Shown here: positions 44,987-54,154 of the stretch, in pieces | Position numbering within the stretch: the stretch's first letter is position 1 | How the letters are laid out: each line of letters starts with the position of its first letter | The notes under the pieces: model-generated | The model's database searches: none | The model's input: only the letters and a program-made list of their open reading frames with translations | Told to the model about the DNA's origin: nothing | Made by a program: the position numbers and the translations under genes | Origin: Candidatus Tagabacteria bacterium | Lineage (GTDB): Bacteria; Patescibacteriota; Minisyncoccia; GCA-002779875 | Assembly (NCBI GenBank): GCA_963820595.1 | Contig: CAWGAO010000005.1 | Coordinates: 3,853 to 67,852 of the forward strand | Length of the DNA: 64,000 nt | Direction: 5' to 3'

Positions 44987-46753
44987 ATGAAGAAGCGCAT
45001 TTCCAGTTTTTTAGTTTTGTTGTTTTGCCTGTTTTTTGCCAGCGGCAACGGATTTTATGCCAAGGCGGCAGAAGCAGAAAAGGGAACGGATGTTCAGGAG
45101 GCGGTTTCCGCAATAGGCATTCCTTATAAATCCGTCACAGTGACGGAGATTGAAAACGATATCCTGAATCCGGTAATGCCAAAAGGCGATATGTTCACTA
45201 ATGAGGAAAAAAATGAATTGTATCGGATTCCCGACAGGCCTCATTACCTTTTAGGCCTCCAACAGTTTCCCGAACCGGTTTATGAGCGTAGGATTGAGCT
45301 TCAAAAGCTCTACCAGATGCGGGAAATGTTCTATTCTTACAATGGCGGCCTTTACATCGACAAGGCTGCGGAGTGGTTGGGGCTTAATAAGAATTCCAAC
45401 TATCTCCAACTCACATCAGAGATAGAGGTGTCAGGGAAGAGGGTGTTTGTAATCTATCCTCTGCATCTACTGAGCGACACAAAGGAGAAATTGTTTATTT
45501 ACATTTCTCCGACAGGCCCGAAAAATTTGGCTGAATATTCTCCTCTTTACGAGAAATACAAGGTCCAATGGGCGCTTGGGAAAATCTCGAACGAAAAGTG
45601 GGTTGCGGCCCAAAGAATTTTGGGATGGGCGCAGTTTAGGGCTCTTAAAGACCACCTTTTCAAGAGATTCCATGATTCCTTGACTTGGGATATGAATGTG
45701 CATAAGGATCTGGTCAACGGCGTCATTGAAAATCAGACAAAACTGCTCAATGACCCGGATTACGCCAAAAAGCAAAATGAGCCGATTTCCGATCTTAAGG
45801 GATTTACCGTTAGAGATATTATGAGAATCCCTAAAGTTGGGGCTAACGAGTTCACCCCGAATATTTTCATATTCGGCCCTTTAAAGGAAGCATGGGGTTT
45901 GACTCATTCTTGGCGGACTCCCGGTTCGGAAAGCATTGTCTGGCTCGATATTTTAGGCGACGCTTACGATTATATCCGGGCACAGTCGCTTATTCTGGCT
46001 CATGAATTCACTCACGGCAATCCTTATCTTCAGGGAACGCCGATAGATTTCTACTTCGATGTGGAGATGTGGACTGCACTCTCTACGGACATCTTCGACG
46101 ATATGATGTACTTTACCCATCCTTACTTAGCTGTAGTGGCCGATACGGCGCATACGTATTTCGGCTATAACGCTAGAGAGGCCTATAACAGAATATGGCC
46201 CAGTGGGTTTACAAATCTGCGGGATTTCAGAAGGGAAGAATACGAAGAAAACATGAAGCGGGTTAAAGAAATAAACCAGGCATTCAAAGATTTCATTCCG
46301 AAATTCATGCAGATTTTTTACGCCGACCAACATTTCTGGAACAGCGTTAATCTGAAGTGGTGCGACACGGCTGCGGTCTGGCGCATCGTCATGGCTTTTG
46401 AGTTCGAGCCAAGTGTCATTTTTGATTCTAAGAAGATTGATCCGGTTACCGGAAAACCTATTCCTCCGTCTGTACAGACAAAACAATGGTTGTCAGAGCA
46501 GGAAGCTGCTGGAAAAATCCAGAGGTTGGCTGAAAAAGCCATGGAGAAAACCGGCGAGCTGACTGATATGGGAGAGAAGATGTCTAAGATTGAGGATTTT
46601 GCCGGATTAGTGAAGTGTCCCAGTAATAGCGGCTGGTTTGATATGCCATCCAAACAGCAGAAGTATGTTCGCGAAATGATCGAACGGCTTCTCAAAGAAA
46701 ATGACCCGAGATTTTTAAATTTTTTGGGCCATTGGAACAGAATTCAGAAATAA
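44987..46753 (+). CDS. secreted hypothetical protein with a zincin HExxH motif
   Basis: Signal peptide MKKRISSFLVLLFCLFFASGNGFYAKA. LILAHEFTHGNPY (HEFTH at 46001-46015) with a Glu 21 residues downstream. Confidence 0.5.
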   Translation: MKKRISSFLVLLFCLFFASGNGFYAKAAEAEKGTDVQEAVSAIGIPYKSVTVTEIENDILNPVMPKGDMFTNEEKNELYRIPDRPHYLLGLQQFPEPVYERRIELQKLYQMREMFYSYNGGLYIDKAAEWLGLNKNSNYLQLTSEIEVSGKRVFVIYPLHLLSDTKEKLFIYISPTGPKNLAEYSPLYEKYKVQWALGKISNEKWVAAQRILGWAQFRALKDHLFKRFHDSLTWDMNVHKDLVNGVIENQTKLLNDPDYAKKQNEPISDLKGFTVRDIMRIPKVGANEFTPNIFIFGPLKEAWGLTHSWRTPGSESIVWLDILGDAYDYIRAQSLILAHEFTHGNPYLQGTPIDFYFDVEMWTALSTDIFDDMMYFTHPYLAVVADTAHTYFGYNAREAYNRIWPSGFTNLRDFRREEYEENMKRVKEINQAFKDFIPKFMQIFYADQHFWNSVNLKWCDTAAVWRIVMAFEFEPSVIFDSKKIDPVTGKPIPPSVQTKQWLSEQEAAGKIQRLAEKAMEKTGELTDMGEKMSKIEDFAGLVKCPSNSGWFDMPSKQQKYVREMIERLLKENDPRFLNFLGHWNRIQK

Positions 46754-46759
46754 ATTCCG

Positions 46760-46799
46760 AAGAGGAATTCTGCTTAAAACTTAGAGCAGAATTCCTCTT
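46760..46799 (+). other. perfect 14-bp stem hairpin between the two secreted-protein genes
   Basis: AAGAGGAATTCTGC-ttaaaacttaga-GCAGAATTCCTCTT with no clear T-run. Confidence 0.6.
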
Positions 46800-46838
46800 T
46801 CCTGATATTAAAGTCTAAATCTATTGAAGGAGGATAGG

Positions 46839-48377
46839 ATGGGAAAGCTTAAACTTTTTTGCTTAATGATTTTTTTGGGCGCTTTAACGGTTTTAAACAT
46901 CTCCTGTACCATGCCCTTTGTCAATTCTTGCCGGAACTTGGCGCAAGATCCCAAGGAAGAATGGGGGTATTCGGCAGAGCAGGCGAAAGCGGCTTGCGAA
47001 GACGCCAATCGCTTTCTAGCGGGAAAGTTCGATGCCGATAAGGGCATCTGGGAAATTGATTATACCAAGATTCTGACATTGGAAGATGTCGCAAAATATC
47101 TAAAGGATCAACTCGCATCCATTGACGTCATGCTTAGTTATAAGCACGATGACCTGGCCCGGGAGATTGATTTCTTTAAAGGATTGAGGCCGGGACTGGA
47201 AGGAGAGGAAAAAAACCTGAAATGGGTGCTTCAGCGGATTAATTATTTCATTAACTATAATGAGTTCGCGGAAGCCGTTGGTGAGTCTCCTGCCAATAAA
47301 GAAATATTGGGCAAGCTGATGCCTTATGGCAGGAAGGCCTACTCGCTTCGGTTGCTTTACCCGATTTATGACCTGAAAAAGCTTACTTTCGCGGCCGATT
47401 ATGTGGAATCCGCGAAAAAGGCAGGGATCTTAAAGCAGGTAAGCGAATTCCCGATAGTGAAAAAGAAGGAATTCGCCGAAAAGATAATTAATAAGGATGA
47501 TCCCAATAAGTTTACCTGGAAGAAGCATTATCGCGGGTGGCTTATTAAGGGCTATAAGATCGTGCCTGGAGGGGAGACTCCGGCAAATCCGAATGTAGAC
47601 TATTTGGAAATATACAAAGCGAAGTTCAGCGATGCAGATGCCAAGTTCGAAGGCTATGAAAAAGATTTTGTAGTGAGTGGCTTTAAGTCTAAAGGTAAGG
47701 GTGCCGTTGACCTGTTCGTGATAAATTACAATCTCGACGGGCTGAAGGAATTTACCCCCGACAAAATTTTCAGCACTTTGGTTGAGGTGGTTTACGGAGA
47801 TGAGATTTACGTCAATGAAAGCCTCCGTCAAGAGATACTGGAAGTACTCTACGATCCGCCGGTTGCGCAGGTAAAAGAGTACCGCAAAAAGCCCCCGGAA
47901 AAACCTCTTTATATTGAAATCGCCAAGATGGGCGAGGTCAATGTGGAGATGTGGGAGAATGGAACATTCAGCGTGCCCTTCGGCTATTCTGATAAAGGAC
48001 CGGCCAAATTTCACACTAAATTGGATATCAAATGGGTTGTACCTAAAGACCCAAAAATGGAAGATGAAGGCGGGTTGAAACGCATTGAATTTTTCAAGAT
48101 TAAATATTCAATAGGGGGAAACATAAAAGTAGTTGAATATTACGCCCCCAAATCAGAATTTGCGGAAAAGAATATTAAGGAAGGCCGGGTCGGTTATGAT
48201 ACTTTTGTCATTCGGAGAGTCGGCTTTCCCGAGAATTCCGCGGATGTGAAGTTCTTTGCCGATAAGATCAGAATGATCGATTACGAATACGGTGGCCGTT
48301 GGTACCGTATTCTGGACAAGGACGGCGATGGCGTTTTTGAAAAAATGCGCAAAATCGCCAATCCATCTTCGGAATAA
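46839..48377 (+). CDS. secreted or lipoprotein-like hypothetical protein
   Basis: GAAGGAGGA SD. MGKLKLFCLMIFLGALTVLNISC is signal- or lipobox-like. 512 aa. Confidence 0.45.
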   Translation: MGKLKLFCLMIFLGALTVLNISCTMPFVNSCRNLAQDPKEEWGYSAEQAKAACEDANRFLAGKFDADKGIWEIDYTKILTLEDVAKYLKDQLASIDVMLSYKHDDLAREIDFFKGLRPGLEGEEKNLKWVLQRINYFINYNEFAEAVGESPANKEILGKLMPYGRKAYSLRLLYPIYDLKKLTFAADYVESAKKAGILKQVSEFPIVKKKEFAEKIINKDDPNKFTWKKHYRGWLIKGYKIVPGGETPANPNVDYLEIYKAKFSDADAKFEGYEKDFVVSGFKSKGKGAVDLFVINYNLDGLKEFTPDKIFSTLVEVVYGDEIYVNESLRQEILEVLYDPPVAQVKEYRKKPPEKPLYIEIAKMGEVNVEMWENGTFSVPFGYSDKGPAKFHTKLDIKWVVPKDPKMEDEGGLKRIEFFKIKYSIGGNIKVVEYYAPKSEFAEKNIKEGRVGYDTFVIRRVGFPENSADVKFFADKIRMIDYEYGGRWYRILDKDGDGVFEKMRKIANPSSE

Positions 48378-48412
48378 GCAGGAACATAGAACCAGTAAAA
48401 ATAATGAGATAC

Positions 48413-48446
48413 ATGCGGGGGTAAAACACCCTCGCATTTTTGTTTT
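48413..48446 (+). terminator. rho-independent terminator
   Basis: ATGCGGGGGT-aaaac-ACCCTCGCAT followed by TTTTTGTTTTT. Confidence 0.7.
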
Positions 48447-48480
48447 TAGCTATATCGAGCTATAATAATGGTGTGATTCG

Positions 48481-50647
48481 ATGAAAAATAATAAATCCAA
48501 CAAAAAAACAAAACAAAATAATGAGCGTTGGCACGATGGTTTGAAGTCGGAAACAAAACATTCGATTTCGGCTATAATTTTTTTTGGTTTGGCGGTATTT
48601 TTCACCTTGGCCGCTTTCGGGAAAGCCGGCCTTGTGGGAAATTCAACCTATAAAGCTTTAAATTTCGCTTTCGGCTCGGCATTCTTTTTGGTGCCGGCTT
48701 TCTTTTTTCTGGGAAGCGCGATTTTTTTCCTTTCATTAAGGAAGAATCTTGTTTTAACGACGGCAATCGGAGGCGTTATTTTTCTTTTAAGTACATTGGG
48801 TCTTGCTGATATTATTTTCGGCGGGAAAACTGGAGGACATATTGGCTTTTGGCTTGCTTGGCCGTTTTTAAAACTCTTCGATTTTTGGGCGAGCCTTGTT
48901 TTGTTTTTCGTGCTTTTTGTCACCGGCCTTTTAATAATGTTTAATATCCCCTTAAGATTTAGGAGAGAAAAAAAAGAGGAAGAGGCGCTCGCCGGGGTTT
49001 CGGAGGGCGAGGGAAAAGAAAGTATTCTTTCTTCTTTTAGAGAGCTACTCACCGATTTTAAAAATACTCTTGGTGAAAAAGAAAAAGGTTTGCGTCCCGA
49101 AAGCCCGATTGAGATGCCTCAAGACAGAAAAATTATAGAAGACAGAGATGATAAGGAAGATATCCCATTACGGCAACCCAAAAGAATGCCTTCTCGTAAT
49201 TTCCATTCTCCGCCTCTTGATCTTTTCGAGGGGGACCGTGGAAAACCTTCGAGTGGCGACATCAAGGCCAACGCCAATATCATCAAGCGTACGCTTCAGA
49301 ATTTCGGCGTCAGCGTTGAAATGGGAGAAGTTACTATCGGCCCTTCGATTACCCAATATACCCTGAAGCCGGCGGAGGGAATTAAACTTTCGCGCATCAC
49401 CGCTCTTCAAAATGATTTGTCTCTTGCTCTGGGCGGTCATCAGATCCGGATAGAGGCGCCCATTCCCGGAAAATCGTTAGTCGGCATAGAAGTTCCGAAC
49501 AGCGCGGCATCTTTGGTGGGGCTTCACCATCTTTTTGCCCAAGAGGAGTTTCTGAAGTCGGACCGCCCTTTGCTTTTGGCTCTCGGCCGCAATGTTCAAG
49601 GCCAGCCGGTTTACGCGGATCTTTCTAAGATGCCTCACCTCATGATCGCCGGCGCCACCGGTACTGGCAAGTCGGTTGCCATTCACGCAATAATTTGCAG
49701 TCTTCTTTTTCGCAATTCTCCAGAAATTCTGCGCTTTTTACTCATTGATCCGAAGCGTGTCGAGCTTACGGGCTACAACGAATTGCCCCATTTATTGACT
49801 CCGGTGATAACCGAGCCAAAAAAAGCAATTCCGGTATTAAAGTGGCTTACGAAAGAAATGGAACGGCGCTATGATGTTCTTTTGAAAGCTAAGGCGCGCG
49901 ATATCGGCGTTTATCATCAAATAATTGCAGAAGCGGGGGCTGACGGAAAAAGCGAGAACGATCCGATGCCATACATCGTGGTTATCATTGACGAATTGGC
50001 GGACCTAATGGCGACCTATCCCCGTGAATTTGAAGCTTCAATCGTCAGGCTTGCCCAGATGTCCCGCGCAGTCGGCATTCATCTGGTTCTTTCCACGCAG
50101 AGGCCGTCGGTTGAAGTATTGACCGGTCTTATTAAAGCGAATATTACTTCCAGAATGGCTTTTCAGGTTGCCACACAGGTCGACTCGCGAACTGTTTTGG
50201 ATATGGCCGGCGCGGAGAAATTGTTGGGCAACGGCGACATGCTTTATCTTGCCGGTGACGTCGCAAAGCCGCGAAGAGTCCAGGGCGCTTTTGTTTCCGA
50301 CAAGGAGATTAAGCGTTTGGTAAATTACTTGGCCGATGAATACGAAGATGCCGATACTGAAGAATTGGAAATTATGCCGCCTGAAGTCGAGAACGGTTCC
50401 CTTTTTGACGATAATTCGGAAGACGTGGACGACGAACTTTATAAAGAAGCCCGGGAGTTGATTATCCAAGCCCAGAAAGCATCGTCTTCTTATCTGCAGC
50501 GGCGCTTGAAGATAGGATACGCGCGGGCGGCGCGCTTGCTGGATATACTCGAGGAAAGAGGGGTGGTTGGGCCGGGAGAAGGCGCGAAAGCCACGAGAGG
50601 TATTTATCAAGCCTTTTTCGGCAGAAGATAGCGGAGAGCATGAGTAA
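48481..50647 (+). CDS. ftsK: DNA translocase FtsK/SpoIIIE (frameshift about 50 nt before the end)
   Basis: N-terminal TM helices. Walker A GATGTGKS. A gamma-domain winged helix (SSSYLQRRLKIGYARAARLLD). The conserved tail KPREVFIKP... is in the +1 frame after about 50590 and ends at 50647. Confidence 0.9.
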
Positions 50648-50978
50648 GATTAATATAAAATTAGTTTTAATTATCCTCACTATGATATTTTTAGGAGGAT
50701 ATTTTTTGTACCAAGCAAGAGGATATTTGCTCGGTCCGAAAATTGTTATCGAATCGCCGCAGTCGGGCGAAGTTATCCGCGGCGCATACCTTACGGTAAA
50801 AGGTCAGGCGTTAAATATTTCTTCTTTATCGCTGAACGGCCGCCAAATTTTTACAGACGAGCACGGATTTTTTAACGAAGGGTTGCTTTTAGCAAGAGGT
50901 TATAATATTATTGAACTGACCGCGACCGACAAATTTGGCCGTGTCAAAAAAGAAAAAAGAGAAGTGATTTTAGAGTAA
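50640..50978 (+). CDS. hypothetical single-TM protein with a small beta-sandwich-like ectodomain
   Basis: 112 aa. N-terminal TM LVLIILTMIFLGGYFLY. Confidence 0.4.
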   Translation: MSKINIKLVLIILTMIFLGGYFLYQARGYLLGPKIVIESPQSGEVIRGAYLTVKGQALNISSLSLNGRQIFTDEHGFFNEGLLLARGYNIIELTATDKFGRVKKEKREVILE

Positions 50979-51027
50979 AATTTGAGGAGCGGGCGCATTT
51001 TTGATGATGAATACGAACTCAAAAATC

Positions 51028-51059
51028 GGCGCTATCCTGTTTTCGGATAGCGCCTTTTT
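51028..51059 (+). terminator. rho-independent terminator
   Basis: GGCGCTATCC-tgttttc-GGATAGCGCC followed by TTTTT. Confidence 0.8.
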
Positions 51060-51063
51060 GTTC

Positions 51064-51178
51064 GCCCCGTTAGAAGTTTTTAATTTAACTACAGTTTAGT
51101 TAACAGTCAAAACCGTGAGGTGGATTCGCTTTCTAAATATTATTTAACCTCAAGACATCGCTGAACTTCTAACGGGGT
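51064..51178 (+). repeat. long-stem intergenic element, copy K (class CCCGTTAGAAGT)
   Basis: GCCCCGTTAGAAGTT (51064-51078) pairs with AACTTCTAACGGGGT (51164-51178) around an 85-nt AT-rich loop. Confidence 0.85.
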
Positions 51179-51235
51179 TTGCAAAGATTATTGGGTTATA
51201 GTAGTGTTAGAATATTAAAATTTAACTTTTAAAAC

Positions 51236-52252
51236 ATGACGAAGAAAATCGAAAAAATCGAAAAAGGTAAAAAAATGGATGAGCTCGAAGAAACCATCCA
51301 AAGCATCAAATCAAGATATGGCGAGGGCTCGATTATGAAATTGGGCGAGGCGCCGAGAGTTGACGTTGATGTCATTCCCACGGGTTCTTTATCTTTGGAT
51401 TTGGCTTTGGGCGTAGGCGGGATTCCCCGAGGAAGAGTAATTGAAATTTTCGGGCCGGAAGCATCGGGAAAAACAACGCTTGCCCTCCAAATCATTGCCC
51501 AGGCCCAGAAGAAGGGCGGACTTTGCGCTTTTATTGATGCCGAACACGCTCTTGATCCGGAATATGCCAAAAAACTCGGCGTGAAAGTTGATGATATTTT
51601 GATCTCCCAGCCTGATACCGGCGAACAAGCCCTTGAGATTACCGAAAGTTTGGTGCGGTCAAGTAAAATTGACGTTATCGTTATTGACTCGGTGGCGGCC
51701 TTGACTCCGCAGGCGGAAATTGAAGGAGAAATGGGCGCTCACCATATCGGGCTTCAGGCGCGGCTGATGTCTCAAGCCTTGCGCAAACTCACTGCCATCA
51801 CCGCCAAGTCAAAAACAATCGTTATTTTCATAAATCAAATCAGGATGCAGATTGGCGTGATGTTCGGCAACCCCGAAACAACCACAGGCGGTAAAGCTTT
51901 GAAATTTTATTCGTCAGTGAGAATTGAAGTAAGGAGGATCGCTCAAATCAAAAAAGGAGATGAGATTATCGGGAACAGAGTGCGGGCGAAAGTGGTGAAA
52001 AACAAAGTGGCCGCGCCTTTCAAAGTTGCCGAATTTGACCTGATTTCAAACGAGGGAATCTCTTTAGCCGGCGAAATTCTGACTTTTGGCGAAAAGAAAG
52101 GCGTTATCAAAAAATCCGGCGCAACTTATTCTTACGATTCCCAGAAATTGGGCGCGGGCTACGAAAAAGCGAAACAATTCCTGAAAGAAAATCCGCAATT
52201 GATGGACGAAATAATAAAAAAGATAAAAGAAGCGGCAGCCGAAGAGGAGTAG
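51236..52252 (+). CDS. recA: recombinase RecA
   Basis: [16 protein letters not shown] (Walker A) and canonical RecA sequence throughout. Confidence 0.97.
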   Translation: MTKKIEKIEKGKKMDELEETIQSIKSRYGEGSIMKLGEAPRVDVDVIPTGSLSLDLALGVGGIPRGRVIEIFGPEASGKTTLALQIIAQAQKKGGLCAFIDAEHALDPEYAKKLGVKVDDILISQPDTGEQALEITESLVRSSKIDVIVIDSVAALTPQAEIEGEMGAHHIGLQARLMSQALRKLTAITAKSKTIVIFINQIRMQIGVMFGNPETTTGGKALKFYSSVRIEVRRIAQIKKGDEIIGNRVRAKVVKNKVAAPFKVAEFDLISNEGISLAGEILTFGEKKGVIKKSGATYSYDSQKLGAGYEKAKQFLKENPQLMDEIIKKIKEAAAEEE

Positions 52253-52277
52253 GGCAAAATGTAATCTGGATTAAAAA

Positions 52278-52308
52278 AACCGTTAGGGATTTCTCCTAGC
52301 GGTTTTTA
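52278..52308 (+). terminator. rho-independent terminator
   Basis: AACCGTTAGGGA-tttc-TCCTAGCGGTT followed by TTT. Confidence 0.65.
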
Positions 52309-52427
52309 ATGTGCGATTTTAATCTTAGAGTAATAATTCCTGGAATATTTCCATTTCATCCATTTCTTTGAGTAAATGCAATACTTAGGTAAAATTTACC
52401 AATCTATTAAGAATTATTCTTCCTGCC

Positions 52428-52461
52428 CGACACGATTTGTCCATATGGACAAATCGTGTCG
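52428..52461. repeat. 34-bp perfect palindrome
   Basis: CGACACGATTTGTCCAT|ATGGACAAATCGTGTCG in an ORF-free 370-bp gap. Confidence 0.95.
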
Positions 52462-52529
52462 TCTATTTTCCTGACTTTTAGTTTCTAAACTTTTTCTCCT
52501 AACTTCCCTGTAGAATATTAATCTGTTCC

Positions 52530-52566
52530 TAATAAAATCTGCGGGGAGTTCAACTTCCCGCAGATT
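52530..52566 (-). terminator. rho-independent terminator of the rpsF-ssb-rpsR operon
   Basis: Minus-strand sense: AATCTGCGGGAA-gttgaac-TCCCCGCAGATT followed by TTTATT. Confidence 0.7.
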
Positions 52567-52626
52567 ATAATTTCTATGAACCCTGAAGCGCTTTGTAGTC
52601 CGGGTGTCGGGGCTATTCTCTAGTTT

Positions 52627-52833
52627 TTAGTGGCTGACGAAAGGCAGGAGGCCCATGATGCGGCTGCGTTTTATCGCTTTGGCGAGTTTCCGCTGGTGTT
52701 TCGCGCAGACATCGCTTCTTTTTCTCGCGACAATTTTTGCTTGCGGATCTATGAAGCGTTTCAGCGTTTCAACGTCGGTATATTCGATTGTTCTTACGTT
52801 ATTTGTGCAAAAATAACAGTTTCTTTCTGCCAT
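52627..52833 (-). CDS. rpsR: 30S ribosomal protein S18
   Basis: MAERNCYFCTNNVRTIEYTDVETLKRFI... The start was chosen at the ATG at 52833 rather than at the ORF-track start. Confidence 0.9.
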   Translation of the reverse strand: MAERNCYFCTNNVRTIEYTDVETLKRFIDPQAKIVARKRSDVCAKHQRKLAKAIKRSRIMGLLPFVSH

Positions 52834-52948
52834 AATTTCCAAAAAATAAAGAGCGAAGCGATTATATTTTTTGAGAACCCCGCCTTTGGCGGGGTTAAGG
52901 TTTTGCAACCACGATTTGTCGCTTCATTCCAAATCGCGGGCAAATTCC
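52834..52948 (-). repeat. modular palindromic intergenic element, copy E (ssb-rpsR gap)
   Basis: Sense strand: AACCCCGCCaaaGGCGGGGTT followed by CTCAAAAAATATAATCGCTTCGCTCTTTATTTTTTGGAAATT and then the ATG of rpsR. An extra hairpin lies at 52911-52938. Confidence 0.85.
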
Positions 52949-53392
52949 TTAAAACGGTATATCTTCGGGATTTACTTCTTCTTCCGGGTATTCGATAGTC
53001 TCTAACGGTTCGGGAGCGGGAGCGGGCTTATTTCCTCCTTTTGATGTTGGTTCTTGCATCCCTGACCGTCGCGGTCCGAATTGCAGACGTTCGGATATTA
53101 TCTCTGTTTTGGAATGTTTTGTGCCGTCTTTAGCATCCCAATTTCTGGTTTGAATTCTTCCTTCAATTAAAACGGAACTGCCTTTTGTAAGGTATTGTTT
53201 GACTATTTCCGCCTGTTTTCCAAAAACAACGATATTGTGGAATTGGACATCTTCTTTTTTCTGTCCGCTTTTGTCTTTCCAAACGCGATTGGTAGCTACG
53301 CCGAATGACGTCACGGACACTCCCGAAGGAAGAGCTTTCAATTCTGGATCTCTTGTAAGATTTCCGATAATGAAAACTTTATTTAGATTCAT
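52949..53392 (-). CDS. ssb: single-stranded DNA-binding protein
   Basis: MNLNKVFIIGNLTRDPELK.. OB fold and an acidic tail ending DIPF. Confidence 0.95.
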   Translation of the reverse strand: MNLNKVFIIGNLTRDPELKALPSGVSVTSFGVATNRVWKDKSGQKKEDVQFHNIVVFGKQAEIVKQYLTKGSSVLIEGRIQTRNWDAKDGTKHSKTEIISERLQFGPRRSGMQEPTSKGGNKPAPAPEPLETIEYPEEEVNPEDIPF

Positions 53393-53529
53393 CCCGTTAG
53401 AAGTCTGTCTTTATATGACCAAAATAGTCAATTTCAGACAGCTTTATTTATGAAGTGAATGATCCCCGTTCGTTTCCAGCACAGAAAAATTTTATTAAAA
53501 TTTTTCTGCGCAAAGACTTCTAGCGGGAT
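53391..53529 (-). repeat. long-stem intergenic element, copy L (rpsF-ssb gap)
   Basis: ATCCCGTTAGAAGTCT (53391-53406) pairs with AGACTTCTAGCGGGAT (53514-53529). An inner perfect palindrome CAGAAAAATTTTATTAAAATTTTTCTG lies at 53482-53508. The element spans exactly from the rpsF stop to the ssb start. Confidence 0.85.
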
Positions 53530-54039
53530 TCATTGACCGAGTATTTCTTCTAATTTTTTGTCAATTTCTTCGACCTGAAGAGGTTCGCCTCGCTCGCCTC
53601 GCGTCGAAGCGGGCTTCGCGGGCGAAGCGGCTATCTTTGGTTTTGCCTCTTCTGTTGCTGATCCTAATGGGGCTTCTTTGCTCACTGACTGGCGGATCAC
53701 CCTCCTTTTAAGGGAACGCTTTGCCAGTTCGCCCTCATGTTTTGCTTGGCTTATCATTGAGCGCAGTAAATCAAATTTTTCAAGATTTTTTTTAAACGGT
53801 ACGATTTTTCCAACGGGAAAAATAAATTTCAGAAAACCGGCATAGCCGATTTTGTGATTTTTAATCGGGTAGCCTAAATTTTGTTTTTGGGGTTTATTTT
53901 CCTTAATAATTATGCCTTGTTCGTCTTCGAGCGCTTTTCGAATAAGTTCGCTTATCTCGAGCGCCTTTTCTTCCCCCAGATCTCCTTTTAAGACATAGCC
54001 AAATTCGTATAATCTCGTTTTTTCTTCCTTTTCTTCCAT
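53530..54039 (-). CDS. rpsF: 30S ribosomal protein S6 with an extended C-terminal tail
   Basis: RLYEFGYVL... has S6-like N-terminal domain spacing. Operon position is upstream of ssb-rpsR. 169 aa. Confidence 0.75.
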   Translation of the reverse strand: MEEKEEKTRLYEFGYVLKGDLGEEKALEISELIRKALEDEQGIIIKENKPQKQNLGYPIKNHKIGYAGFLKFIFPVGKIVPFKKNLEKFDLLRSMISQAKHEGELAKRSLKRRVIRQSVSKEAPLGSATEEAKPKIAASPAKPASTRGERGEPLQVEEIDKKLEEILGQ

Positions 54040-54113
54040 GAAATTTATGCTAACACGGCTCTAATTTCCGCGCAACCCCCTCCCCCGGCATCTAAAAACA
54101 AGACAAAAAGTCA

Positions 54114-54142
54114 TTGCGTAAAGGCAGAAAATTTGTTAAAAT
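54114..54142 (+). promoter_or_regulatory. candidate promoter of pheST
   Basis: TTGCGT-17 nt-TAAAAT. Confidence 0.4.
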
Positions 54143-54154
54143 TAAAAAATAAAT

